The notes: generated from the letters alone by a model not told the origin. A DNA stretch of 45,218 bases from Dehalococcoidia bacterium (GCA_016844565.1 JAENJB010000001.1:1-45218); one strand, 5' to 3'. Positions 1 through 9,079 are shown, counted from the stretch's first letter. Numbers and translations: made by a program.

Positions 1-823
1 GGGGAGGCATGCCCTTCTGGAGAGAGAAACCGAAGTGCTTCTCGATGATATCCTCGCCCTTCTCGTTCACCAGCCGCGCATTCTTCATACACAGGGTCGG
101 CGGGCTGCAGTGGACGTACCTCCCGCCGGGGGTCCTAAGCCCCACCGGGTAGAAATGAACGAATTCCATATTGCGCAGGGTGACGCCGGACTTCAGGGCC
201 ATAGCGTAGCCGTCTCCCAGGATATCCCTGGCGGTGGAGTTGACCTGGTATACGCCTGCTCCGCCTCCGGTGGCCAGAATGGTCGCGCGGGCGAACACGG
301 ACAGCCATGTCCCATCGGCCAGGAGGCCGAAGGCGCCGGTCACCCTACCATCATCCTTCAGCAGCCCGGCGATGGTGCATCCCTCGACGGCCCGCACTCC
401 CATCTCCTCCGCCACCTTAGCCTGCCGCAACAGGATGGTCGTACCGCCGTGGACCCGTGTGCCCTCCCATGTGCGGTACATAAAGTGGCCGCCGACGCTC
501 GGTTCCCTGGTTATCTTCGCGCCCAGCTTTATCATGTTGTCGAGCTGACTCGGGACCTCAGCATCGAGCTTCCTTATCAGCGAGTAGTCTTCGAGGTAGT
601 CGCCGGGCCGGGGGTCGTAGCCAGGGATGTCCAACTTTCCGCCGCGGCTCTTGCCGGGGAACATTCCCCTGGCCAGAGAGGTGGCCGTCTCCTTGCCCAG
701 GTCGGCTTTGGAGATGAGTACCACGTCCGCCCCGGCATTCTTCGCCTCGATAGCGGCGGTCATCCCGGCCGCCCCGGCGCCGATTATCAGAATGTCGCAC
801 TGAATCGACTCGGTAGCCACCAT
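1..823 (-). CDS. FAD-dependent oxidoreductase (fumarate-reductase/succinate-dehydrogenase flavoprotein-like), N-terminal part only, continues beyond window edge
   Basis: My own minus-strand translation starts at ATG 823-821, with AGGAGG about 5 nt upstream. It reads MVATESIQCDILIIGAGAAGMTAAIEAKNAGADVVLISK... (GxGxxG dinucleotide fold) and later ...ILATGGGAGVY.... The frame stays open to base 1. The gene is missing from the ORF track because it has no in-window stop. Track ORF 35..943(+) is its antisense shadow. Confidence 0.8.
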   Translation of the reverse strand, partial: MVATESIQCDILIIGAGAAGMTAAIEAKNAGADVVLISKADLGKETATSLARGMFPGKSRGGKLDIPGYDPRPGDYLEDYSLIRKLDAEVPSQLDNMIKLGAKITREPSVGGHFMYRTWEGTRVHGGTTILLRQAKVAEEMGVRAVEGCTIAGLLKDDGRVTGAFGLLADGTWLSVFARATILATGGGAGVYQVNSTARDILGDGYAMALKSGVTLRNMEFVHFYPVGLRTPGGRYVHCSPPTLCMKNARLVNEKGEDIIEKHFGFSLQKGMPP

Positions 824-1006
824 CGCGTCCTCCTCTGCTCAGCAATAGACACCCTGCACCACGAGGCGCGGCTTATTGATGGACTCAAGCGTGGGCGATG
901 GGATTGCAAGCCGCGGGCACAAGCCAATATGAAAACAGATTAGGGCATGCTTGTCAAGGAAGATGAACATCCACCGTGCAAGAATCCGCGCGTCATCGAT
1001 AGCCAG

Positions 1007-1090
1007 TACTATTCACCCATCGAAAATAGTCCCATTGGGGGATTGCTAAGCCGCACTGCCAAGAATACTATTGAGTATAGCCAGATAGTA
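1007..1090 (+). promoter_or_regulatory. Two operator-like inverted repeats plus a sigma70-like promoter upstream of the MerR-like gene
   Basis: TACTAT-N13-ATAGTc lies at 1007-1031 and TACTAT-N13-ATAGTA at 1066-1090, with the same 25-bp architecture. TTGCTA (1043-1048), a 17-nt spacer and TACTAT (1066-1071) form a promoter whose -10 box is the left half-site of repeat 2. GGAGGG is at 1093-1098 and the ATG at 1105. Confidence 0.45.
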
Positions 1091-1104
1091 TCGGAGGGTC
1101 TCAT

Positions 1105-1335
1105 ATGCCCCTGACGGTAGATGGTCAGACCTACTACAGGACCGCCGAGGTTTGCGCGCTTGTCGGCATAGCCAAGAACACCCTTTTTCGATGGATCAGG
1201 GAAGGGTCGTCCCTGGACGCGGAGCACAGGGACAGGAGAGGCTGGCGTCTGTTCACGAGAAGTGAGGTCGATAGACTCAGGGCCGAGGTCAACCGGGTCC
1301 ACAGAGTGGCCAGGTCCTCGACCGAGCGGACTTGA
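1105..1335 (+). CDS. Small MerR/excisionase-type helix-turn-helix DNA-binding protein (76 aa, no effector domain)
   Basis: YYRTAEVCALVGIAKNTLFRWIREG...RGWRLFTRSEVDRL matches the MerR-type HTH plus wing pattern. A strong RBS (GGAGGG) lies 6 nt upstream. Confidence 0.75.
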   Translation: MPLTVDGQTYYRTAEVCALVGIAKNTLFRWIREGSSLDAEHRDRRGWRLFTRSEVDRLRAEVNRVHRVARSSTERT

Positions 1336-1347
1336 ATTTGTGACGCA

Positions 1348-2349
1348 ATGAAAAGGATTCTGGTCATAACATTAGCTATTCTCGCCGGGCTGTCGTCCGG
1401 ATTTGGTTCATCGTCTTGCTCCCCCAGAGGCTATTCGGGAGACGCCGAACCTGTCACCATCGGAATGGAGTCCACTGCGGTGAACTCACTCATATACATT
1501 GCCGAGAACCAGAGGTACTTCGAGGCCAACGGTCTCCAGATAACTATTAAAGACAACTATCCGTCGGGGGCAGCCGCGGTCGAGGGCATGATGAAAGGCG
1601 AAGTAGACATCGCTACCGCGGCCGAGCTTGCCATTGTCAGACGGGCGTTTGCCAAGGAACGCATTCTAACGCTTACAAGCATCGACATGTTTATGCACAT
1701 GAAGTTGATTGTCCGGAAAGACCGCGGCATCCAGAACATCCAGGACCTCAAGGGGAAAAGGGTCGGGGTACCAACGAAATCGGCGGCGGACTTCATGCTT
1801 GGCAGGTTCCTCTATTTGCAAGGAATTAACGCCAATCAAATAACTATCGTTGACGTCCAGGCCCCGCAAGCCGTAGAAGCATTGATAAACGGAGAGGTTG
1901 ACGCCGTCGTTGCCTGGCAACCCAATGTCATTGCTATCCAAGATAAACTGGGAGACAAGGTAAGTGTTTGGGATGTTCAAAGTGGACAACCGATATACTG
2001 CGCCGTGGTCACTGCCGACGACTGGGTTAAGAACCATCCCGGTGTGGTTGAACGGTTCCTGAAGTCGCTGGCTCAGGCTGAGGACTACCTAATCCGCAAT
2101 CCTAACCAGGCCAGAGCCATTATACAAAAACGTTTGGGTTACGATGACAGGTATATCGAAACCATCTGGCCAGCACATCAATTTTCCCTCCGGCTCAACG
2201 AGTCTCTCATTGCGGCCATGGAAGACCAAGCGAGGTGGATGATAAAGAACAATCTCACCACTGAAAAGCAGGTGCCTAATTTCCTGGATTACATTCACGA
2301 AGATGGACTCAAAGCGATAAAACCTGGAGCGGTGAACATTATCCGCTAA
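1348..2349 (+). CDS. Periplasmic substrate-binding lipoprotein, NMT1/SsuA-TauA-like (nitrate/sulfonate/bicarbonate family)
   Basis: The signal peptide has a lipobox-like ...LSSGFGSSSC. The body resembles NMT1/THI5-type SBPs (GEVDIATAAE, KGKRVGVP, GEVDAVVAWQPN). No permease or ATPase gene is adjacent. It sits 11 nt upstream of the kinase gene. Confidence 0.85.
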   Translation: MKRILVITLAILAGLSSGFGSSSCSPRGYSGDAEPVTIGMESTAVNSLIYIAENQRYFEANGLQITIKDNYPSGAAAVEGMMKGEVDIATAAELAIVRRAFAKERILTLTSIDMFMHMKLIVRKDRGIQNIQDLKGKRVGVPTKSAADFMLGRFLYLQGINANQITIVDVQAPQAVEALINGEVDAVVAWQPNVIAIQDKLGDKVSVWDVQSGQPIYCAVVTADDWVKNHPGVVERFLKSLAQAEDYLIRNPNQARAIIQKRLGYDDRYIETIWPAHQFSLRLNESLIAAMEDQARWMIKNNLTTEKQVPNFLDYIHEDGLKAIKPGAVNIIR

Positions 2350-2360
2350 AACGGGAAACT

Positions 2361-5300
2361 ATGGGAATTAGATCGCAGCTTATCATGACCGTGCTCCTGT
2401 TCGGAGTCGTCCTGGGGGTTGTTTCGGCCTCGGCGATTATCACGAACCAGCAGATAATAAGATCTGGCGAACAGGAGGAGATTGCCGATAGTATCGCTCG
2501 GGGGGCTGGGGAGCTAGGCTACCTGGCGAATGGCTACGTGATTCACCGGGAAAGCCAGCTACTCGACAGGTGGCATTCCCGGTTTACATCCTTCTCCAGT
2601 GACGTGGCCAGACTGCAGTACAGGAATCCGGAGCAACAGGTTACTGTCCGTAATATGCAGGCAAACTCAGCGCAGCTACGAGTCGTATTTGGCAGCGTAG
2701 CGTCCACTGTTGGCAGTCTCCCTCAAAACCAGGGAACTATCGACCTTGCACTGCTGCAGGTCTCATGGAGCCGCTTGGAAGTCCAGGTCCAGGAACTAGT
2801 CTCGGATGCTAACCGCTTATCAGGAATGTTACATGCCCAAGCCGAGCAACTGAAGCAAACCAACATGCTCGTCACCTTCATCATGATAGGAGTCTTCGTA
2901 GCATATTCCCTCGTCAACTACTTTATGACGCAGAGGCGAGTGCTGAAAGGCATTGCGACGCTCCAAGCCGGGACTGCTGTCATTGGCTCCGGCAACCTGG
3001 ATTTCAAGATTGAAGAGAAGAAGAATGACGAAATCGGTTATTTAGCCCGCGCCTTCAACCAGATGACTGCCAACTTGAAAGATGTAACCACAACCAAAGC
3101 TGAACTGGAAAGGGAGATTGAAGAGCGTAAGAAAGTGGAGGAGGCGCTGAGAGAACATCGCGAGCACCTCGAAGAGTTGGTGGCTGAGCGGACAGCTGAG
3201 CTAAGCAAGTCAGAAGAACGCTACCGCACCACGCTGGACGGCATGCTGGAGGGGTGTCAGGTCATCGGCTTCGACTGGTGCTACCGCTATCTCAATGACG
3301 CTGCTGCCGGACAGGGTCGGCGTCCCAAAGAGGAGTTGCTCGGCCGAACCATGATGCAGGCATACCCTGGCATCGAGAACACAGAGATGTTTGCCCACCT
3401 CAGGCGTTGCATGGAAAACCGTACCTCGCACCGGATGGAAAATGAATTCACCTATCCAGATGGTGAGAAAGGCTGGTTTGAGCTGCGGGTCGAGCCTGTT
3501 CCAGAGGGCGTCTTTATCCTCTCTCTTGACGTCACCGAGCGCAAGCGTGCAGAGCAAAGACTTCTCCACATGTACGGTGTCATGCTGACTGTCAGGAACG
3601 TCAACCAGCTGATTGTGAGGACCGACGATGAGTCGCAACTGCTGCGCGAAGCGTGCGCCGCCCTGGTTGACGGGCGCAACTACAGGGTCGCCTGGATCGG
3701 CCTCACGTCAAAGGACTCTTTCGATGTCCTCCCTGTAGCGCAGGTGGGTTTCGAAGACGGCTATCTGTCCGCCGTTAAGGTGACCTGGGACGATTCAGAA
3801 TACGGGCGGGGGCCGACAGGCACGGCGATGAGGACGTGCAGCCCCTCGGTTGTTCGGGATATTTTGCACGACGAACGGTACCTTCCCTGGCGTGAGGAGA
3901 CCCTTAGGCGCGGCTGCCGGTCGTCTGCGGCACTGCCCCTGATGGTTGAGAATAATGTGATCGGCGCCCTGAGCGTCTGCTCTGCGACGCCGGATGCCTT
4001 TGACAACGCTGAGATCGACGTCCTTGTGGAACTGGCCGGGGACATCTCTCTGGGTATTGAGAAGATACGGAGGAGGGCAGAGCTTAGGCAGGCGGCGGAG
4101 GAGCTGAGAAGGTCGGAGGGTAAGTACTCCACTCTCGTGGAACGAAGCAACGACGGGATCATCATCGTTCAGGATGGGACCCTTAAATTCGTGAATTCCA
4201 GGTTGGGTGAGATGACCGGTTTCTCACCAGAAGAGGCATTGGGCGAGCCTTTCCTCAACTTCATTGCCCCGGAATACAGAGCACCCGTGGCAGAGAGCTA
4301 CCGGAAGAGGATGTGCGGCGAGGAGGCGCAGGGCAAGTATGAAATAGCGATTCTCAGTAAGGATGGCCGGGAGGTCTTCGTCGAAACAAACGCCAGCCGG
4401 ATTGAATACGAGGGACGCCCCGCCGAAATGGCCATCGTGCGTGACATCACCGACCGCAAACGGGCGGAGGAAGAGATCAGCAAGCTGCTCAGTGCCGTGG
4501 AACAGGGTCCAGCAATAGTCACTGTGACAGACGCCCAGGGGGTCATCCAGTACGTCAACCCCAGGTTCTCCCAGATAACGGGCTTTGAACGCCACGAGAT
4601 CGTGGGAACAAACGCGGGCGCCCGGGGCACATCGTCACCCGAGGAGTCGCGGCCGATGTGGGACGCGCTCCACGGGGGACAGGAATGGCACGGGGAGTTA
4701 CAGAACTACAAGAAGACGGGCGAACTCTACTGGGAAGCAGCTTCAATCGCGCCTGTCAAGAACCGGGAAGGCGTTATCACTCATTTTGTAAAGGTGGCTG
4801 AGGACATTTCCGAGCGCAAACGGATGCAGGAGCAACTCATCATCACCGACCGCTTGGCGTCTATCGGCGAGTTGGCGTCCGGAATCGCCCACGAGTTGAA
4901 CAACCCGCTTACCGGAGTGCTCGGCCTGTCCTCTCTCCTCTTAGAAAGGGTCACCGACGAAGACGTCAAACAAGACCTGAAACTTGTCTGCAGCGAGGCC
5001 CAGCGTGCCGCCAAGGTAGTGAAGAACCTCCTTACCTTCGCTCGAAAGCATCCTGCGGTACGCCAACTGGTCAGTCTGAATAGCGTCATTCAGAGGGTGC
5101 TTGAACTGCGCGCCTACGAGCAAACGGTGAGCAATATCCGCGTTATCAGCCGTCTCGCACCTGACCTGCCGGAAATCGTGGCGGACGATTTCCAGCTGCA
5201 GCAGGTCTTCCTTAACATCATCATCAATGCTGAGTATTTCATGGTGCAGGCGCACAACAGGGGAGAGTTGATGATAACCACGGAAAAAGGGGCGGGCATC

Positions 5301-5534
5301 GTCAGGGCTTCGTTTAGTGATGATGGTACCGGAATTCCTAAAGAAAACCTGGGGCACGTCTTCGACCCGTTCTTCACCAGCAAGGAGGTGGGCAAGGGGA
5401 CCGGGCTGGGGCTAAGCATCTGCCACGGCATAGTAGCCGCGCACGGCGGCCGTATCTTCGCCGAAAGCGAACTCGGCAAGGGAGCTACCTTCGTCATAGA
5501 GCTGCCTCTGGGTGACAGGGAGGGAATAGAGTGA
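2361..5534 (+). CDS. Multi-sensor histidine kinase (2 TM with a roughly 150-aa extracytoplasmic helical domain, HAMP, coiled coil, PAS, GAF, PAS, PAS, HisKA, HATPase_c)
   Basis: Two hydrophobic segments flank a helical outer domain. The HAMP region reads ...IGYLARAFNQMTANL. PAS-type stretches are present (SEERYRTTLDGM, SEGKYSTLVERSNDGI, LLSAVEQGPAIV). The H-box is IAHELNNPLTG, and N/G boxes are present (NAEYF, DDGTGIP, GKGTGLGLS). Confidence 0.93.
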   Translation: MGIRSQLIMTVLLFGVVLGVVSASAIITNQQIIRSGEQEEIADSIARGAGELGYLANGYVIHRESQLLDRWHSRFTSFSSDVARLQYRNPEQQVTVRNMQANSAQLRVVFGSVASTVGSLPQNQGTIDLALLQVSWSRLEVQVQELVSDANRLSGMLHAQAEQLKQTNMLVTFIMIGVFVAYSLVNYFMTQRRVLKGIATLQAGTAVIGSGNLDFKIEEKKNDEIGYLARAFNQMTANLKDVTTTKAELEREIEERKKVEEALREHREHLEELVAERTAELSKSEERYRTTLDGMLEGCQVIGFDWCYRYLNDAAAGQGRRPKEELLGRTMMQAYPGIENTEMFAHLRRCMENRTSHRMENEFTYPDGEKGWFELRVEPVPEGVFILSLDVTERKRAEQRLLHMYGVMLTVRNVNQLIVRTDDESQLLREACAALVDGRNYRVAWIGLTSKDSFDVLPVAQVGFEDGYLSAVKVTWDDSEYGRGPTGTAMRTCSPSVVRDILHDERYLPWREETLRRGCRSSAALPLMVENNVIGALSVCSATPDAFDNAEIDVLVELAGDISLGIEKIRRRAELRQAAEELRRSEGKYSTLVERSNDGIIIVQDGTLKFVNSRLGEMTGFSPEEALGEPFLNFIAPEYRAPVAESYRKRMCGEEAQGKYEIAILSKDGREVFVETNASRIEYEGRPAEMAIVRDITDRKRAEEEISKLLSAVEQGPAIVTVTDAQGVIQYVNPRFSQITGFERHEIVGTNAGARGTSSPEESRPMWDALHGGQEWHGELQNYKKTGELYWEAASIAPVKNREGVITHFVKVAEDISERKRMQEQLIITDRLASIGELASGIAHELNNPLTGVLGLSSLLLERVTDEDVKQDLKLVCSEAQRAAKVVKNLLTFARKHPAVRQLVSLNSVIQRVLELRAYEQTVSNIRVISRLAPDLPEIVADDFQLQQVFLNIIINAEYFMVQAHNRGELMITTEKGAGIVRASFSDDGTGIPKENLGHVFDPFFTSKEVGKGTGLGLSICHGIVAAHGGRIFAESELGKGATFVIELPLGDREGIE

Positions 5535-5926
5535 AGAACAGCGGTGTTGCGGCAAGAAGAATTCTGGTGGTCGAGGATGAACCGGTGATCAGCCGGGTCT
5601 GCGTGCAAAGCCTTACCGGGGAAGGGTTGGAAGTAGACGTTGCCGTCAACGGCAGTGTGGCTGAAGGCATGTTGTGGAATAGAGACTACGACCTTATTCT
5701 GATTGACATACGGACGCCGGTGATGAATGGCAAGCAGCTTTATCAAAGCATCACTGAGAAACATCCGGAGCTGGTTCGCGGGGTGATATTCACCACCGGA
5801 GACGTGATGGGTAGCGATACCGAGAATTTCCTGAAACAGAGCGGCAGGCTGTTCCTGCTCAAGCCGTTTGCCCCGAACGAGCTAGTAGCCGTGGTAAGAG
5901 ACGCCTTGAGGCGATTGGAGAGATGA
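5531..5926 (+). CDS. Single-domain response regulator (CheY-like receiver)
   Basis: VVEDEP, LILIDIRTPVMNG and LLKPF are receiver motifs. The GTG start overlaps the kinase stop (GTGA). Confidence 0.9.
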   Translation: MKNSGVAARRILVVEDEPVISRVCVQSLTGEGLEVDVAVNGSVAEGMLWNRDYDLILIDIRTPVMNGKQLYQSITEKHPELVRGVIFTTGDVMGSDTENFLKQSGRLFLLKPFAPNELVAVVRDALRRLER

Positions 5927-6975
5927 CCGCCAGACAGGAACGCATACTCATCGTTGATGACGAGTCCGTAGTGCGGAGGGTGCTGCAGCAGAAGCTGTCG
6001 GCCGCAGGCTATTATTGTGAGGAAGCTGGTAACGCTTACCAGGCTCAGGACAAACTCAACGGTGACGCAGTGGAGCTAGTGATTCTGGATATTACGATGC
6101 CTGGTAAATCAGGCGTTGAGCTATTGTCTGAGATTAAGCTCTGCCATCCAGATACCGCAGTCATCATGGCTACTGCCGTGTCGGATACCAGCATTGCGAT
6201 TCAGTGTATGAAAGAAGGGGCCTATGACTATCTGACCAAACCTTTTAATCTTGATGAGGTTATCTTGAGCGCACAGCGCGCCCTTGAGAAACGGAGACTG
6301 GAGCTCGAGAACAGGGATTACCGCCAGCATCTCGAGGGGAAGGTTGAAGAACAGGCGGGGAAAATCCGCGCCTCATTTCTCAGCTCCATAACTGCTTTGG
6401 CCTACGCTCTTGAGGCTAAGGACAGGTACACCAGCGGTCACTCGCAGCGGGTAGCCCGAATGGCTGTGGCCGTAGCCAAGGAATTGGATATACCGTCGGA
6501 CAGAGTTGAGAAGATAAGGCTGGGCGCGTTGATCCATGATCTCGGCAAGATAGGAGTGAGAGAAGCCGTTCTGAACAAGCCGGGCAAACTCACGGACGAA
6601 GAGTTTCGGCATATGGGTGAACATCCTGACATTGGGCAGCATATCCTGAATCCTGTGGTCGACGAAAAGAGCACCCTGGAGATGGTGCGACACCACCACG
6701 AACGCTACGACGGGCGGGGCTATCCGGACGGATTGCAGGGCGAAAAGATACCGTTGGGCGCCAGAATCCTGGCCGTGGCTGATAGCTATGACGCAATGAC
6801 CTCTGAGCGCCCCTACCGGGGCGCAATGAGTGTCGATGCTGCCAACGCCGAGATAGTGCGTGGCCGCAGCGCTCAATTCGACCCCATGGTGGCGGACGCC
6901 TTCCTGAGGTCTGGAAGCCAGCGGATTCTCTTGCTCGGCCTCACCAGAGCCCTTGGCTTAAGGCCGCCGGGCTAA
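5923..6975 (+). CDS. Response regulator with HD-GYP output domain (RpfG-type c-di-GMP phosphodiesterase)
   Basis: The REC domain shows IVDDES, VILDITMPGKSG and LTKPF. The output domain shows HSQRV...HDLGKIGV...HHERYDGRGYPDGL, the HD and GYP signatures. ATGA overlaps the upstream stop. Confidence 0.92.
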   Translation: MTARQERILIVDDESVVRRVLQQKLSAAGYYCEEAGNAYQAQDKLNGDAVELVILDITMPGKSGVELLSEIKLCHPDTAVIMATAVSDTSIAIQCMKEGAYDYLTKPFNLDEVILSAQRALEKRRLELENRDYRQHLEGKVEEQAGKIRASFLSSITALAYALEAKDRYTSGHSQRVARMAVAVAKELDIPSDRVEKIRLGALIHDLGKIGVREAVLNKPGKLTDEEFRHMGEHPDIGQHILNPVVDEKSTLEMVRHHHERYDGRGYPDGLQGEKIPLGARILAVADSYDAMTSERPYRGAMSVDAANAEIVRGRSAQFDPMVADAFLRSGSQRILLLGLTRALGLRPPG

Positions 6976-7014
6976 GCTACGGCTGCCGGCTGCCGGAATT
7001 TCGGAGATGCCAAT

Positions 7015-8070
7015 ATGCAGGTAGACGAACTTCTGAGAGTCATGGTGAACAAGGGCGCGTCAGACTTACATCTGACTGTGCAGAGCCCGCCTGTGCTCCG
7101 CATCGACGGAGTTCTCACGCCGGAACAGGAATCGCCGCCGCTCACACCCGATGATGTTGAACTTGCCTTTGAACAGGTCTCTAATGAGGCGCAGAGGGTC
7201 GCCTTCGACAGCGAGCACGAGTTGGACTTTGCCTACGCCGTTCCCGGGCTGGCCCGGTTCCGAGTCAACGCGCTGCAGCAGAGAGGCAGCATGAGCCTCG
7301 TCTTCCGGCTCGTGCCGTTCACGATCCGCTCCATCGACGACTTGGGCCTGCCGCAGCTCTGTAAGGAGCTTGTCCTCAGGCCACGAGGGTTCATCCTGGT
7401 GACCGGCCCTGCCGGCAGTGGCAAGTCAACCACTCTGGCAGCCATGATCAATCATCTCAACGAGACCGAGAAGCGAAATATCATTACAATCGAGGACCCG
7501 ATTGAATTCCTGTTTCGCAACGAGAAATGCCTCATACGGCAGCGGGACCTGGGGGACGACACCAGGTCCTTTTCGAGTGCGCTTGTACATGCTCTCCGTC
7601 ACGACCCGGACGTAATGGTCATCGGTGAGATCCGGGACCTGGCCACCGTAAGCACCGCCATGATGGCCGCCGAGACGGGCCATCTGGTCCTCGGCACCCT
7701 GCACACTATCGACGCCGCGCAGTCCATCGACCGGATGGTCGACATGTTCCCGTACGGTCAGCAGCAGCAGATAAGACTGCAACTGTCGCAGGTGATCGAG
7801 GCGGTGCTGTCCCAGATGCTCCTGCCTCGAATCGAGGGGGGGCGAGTAGCCGCCTTTGAGATAATGCTTGCCAGCAGCATCATCAGAAGACTCATCCGCG
7901 AGGGTAAGACCTTTGAGATACCCCCAAACATAGAGATGGGCACCATGGAGGGTATGCAGACCATGGACCAGGCGCTGGCCGACTTAGTGAAGAGGAATGT
8001 AGTTGCCCCGCAAGACGCGATGATGCGGAACAGCAACCCGGCAAAGTTGAGCCTGCTGCTCCAGCGCTGA
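7015..8070 (+). CDS. pilT: Type IV pilus retraction ATPase PilT
   Basis: Walker A is GPAGSGKSTT. ...LGTLHT... and SIIRRLIREGK (AIRNLIRE-like PilT motif) are present. The 351-aa length is typical. Confidence 0.93.
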   Translation: MQVDELLRVMVNKGASDLHLTVQSPPVLRIDGVLTPEQESPPLTPDDVELAFEQVSNEAQRVAFDSEHELDFAYAVPGLARFRVNALQQRGSMSLVFRLVPFTIRSIDDLGLPQLCKELVLRPRGFILVTGPAGSGKSTTLAAMINHLNETEKRNIITIEDPIEFLFRNEKCLIRQRDLGDDTRSFSSALVHALRHDPDVMVIGEIRDLATVSTAMMAAETGHLVLGTLHTIDAAQSIDRMVDMFPYGQQQQIRLQLSQVIEAVLSQMLLPRIEGGRVAAFEIMLASSIIRRLIREGKTFEIPPNIEMGTMEGMQTMDQALADLVKRNVVAPQDAMMRNSNPAKLSLLLQR

Positions 8071-8103
8071 AACCCCGGTTGCGGCCCGCAAGAACCACCT
8101 CAT

Positions 8104-8132
8104 TTGACGCCTCCCGACGCGCTTGCTATCAT
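8104..8132 (+). promoter_or_regulatory. sigma70-like promoter (TTGACG-17-TATCAT)
   Basis: I read the hexamers directly. The element lies about 40 nt upstream of the nitroreductase RBS/ATG. Confidence 0.4.
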
Positions 8133-8173
8133 GCCGCTCACTGTTTCCTCGGACTGGAGAAAGGGGCGAGTCA

Positions 8174-8920
8174 ATGCAGTACGACGATCTGTTGCAACTG
8201 GTGGCGAAGAGAAGGAGCGTGCGCGCCTTCAAATCCGACCCCGTTCCCGATGAGTACATAGACAAGATTATCGAGGTGGCCCGCTGGGCGCCCTCCGGGG
8301 CCAACACGCAGCCCTGGGAGTTCGTGGTCATCAGGAACAAGAAGTTGAAGGAGAAGATAGTGGATATCCTCGCCGAAGACGAGGTGACGTCCCACAAGAT
8401 GGAGATGACCCGGGAGCCGGAACTGAGACATCCCGGCCCGGCCAACAGAAAACCGGGGGCACGGCCCAACTATGCAAATGCGCCGGTCCTTATCCTGGTC
8501 TGCGGCGACCACCGCACTAAGGAAGGCATGACGGTGAACGCTATCTACAATCACGGCCCGGACGGCCTCCAGCACTTCGCCTCGGGGCTCGCCAGCGCCT
8601 TTCTGTATATTCAGCTGGCGGCAACCAGCCTCGGGCTGGGCTCCCGGTGGGTCTCAGCGGTGAATAACCCCCTGCCTCAGGTGCAGATCAAGCAATTACT
8701 GGGTATCCCGAAGGAGGTCATGGTCTACGACATGACGCCCATCGGCTACCCGGCGCCTCTACCGGCGTCGGAGCAAAGGATGAGGGCGCGCCGCAAGGCG
8801 GAGGAGATGACCCACCGCGACGGGTACGAGAAGGCAAAGTACCGCACCGCCGAGCAAATCAAGGAGTTCCTCAAGAAGGTGCATGGCAGGGAGGGGGCCC
8901 GGCTCGGCGGCAAGAACTAG
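8174..8920 (+). CDS. Nitroreductase-family flavoprotein
   Basis: The protein reads RRSVRAFKSDPVPDEYIDKIIEVARWAPSGANTQPWEF. I prefer ATG 8174 (GGAGAAAGGGG upstream) over the track start at 8123. Confidence 0.85.
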   Translation: MQYDDLLQLVAKRRSVRAFKSDPVPDEYIDKIIEVARWAPSGANTQPWEFVVIRNKKLKEKIVDILAEDEVTSHKMEMTREPELRHPGPANRKPGARPNYANAPVLILVCGDHRTKEGMTVNAIYNHGPDGLQHFASGLASAFLYIQLAATSLGLGSRWVSAVNNPLPQVQIKQLLGIPKEVMVYDMTPIGYPAPLPASEQRMRARRKAEEMTHRDGYEKAKYRTAEQIKEFLKKVHGREGARLGGKN

Positions 8921-8948
8921 CGAGCCGGGGCCATTCAGTAACCTAAGC

Positions 8949-9029
8949 TGTCATTGCGAGCGAAGCGAAGCAATCTCAATAGCGTTGTGGCGAGATTGCT
9001 TCGTCCCGATCAGTCGGGCCTCGCAATGA
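8949..9029. repeat. Family A nested palindrome (short isoform)
   Basis: The sequence is GTCATTGCGAG-CGAAGCGAAGCAATCTC-loop-GAGATTGCTTCG-TCCCGAtcaGTCGGG-c-CTCGCAATGAC. The outer and inner inverted repeats were read directly. Confidence 0.85.
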
Positions 9030-9050
9030 CAAGTAGCTCGGTGCCAGGGG

Positions 9051-9079
9051 GTTGACTGCCCATTTTCGGTTGTGTATAC
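9051..9079 (+). promoter_or_regulatory. sigma70-like promoter (TTGACT-17-TATACT) for the B12 leader
   Basis: The hexamers and the 17-nt spacer were counted directly. The element is immediately upstream of the riboswitch. Confidence 0.45.

Noticed and set aside
35-943. A 302-aa ORF on the plus strand at the window start.
   Set aside because: It is the antisense shadow of the minus-strand FAD-oxidoreductase gene (1-823). That gene has a clear GxGxxG N-terminus and an RBS. The plus-strand product is Arg/Gly/Pro-rich with no recognisable motif.
8174-8920. The nitroreductase next to the B12 operon could be BluB (5,6-dimethylbenzimidazole synthase).
   Set aside because: It lies upstream of the riboswitch and promoter and is separated from them by a repeat. 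Its N-terminal motif (RRSVRAF...APSGANTQPWEF) looks like a generic nitroreductase. I cannot support a BluB call without an HMM or phylogeny.
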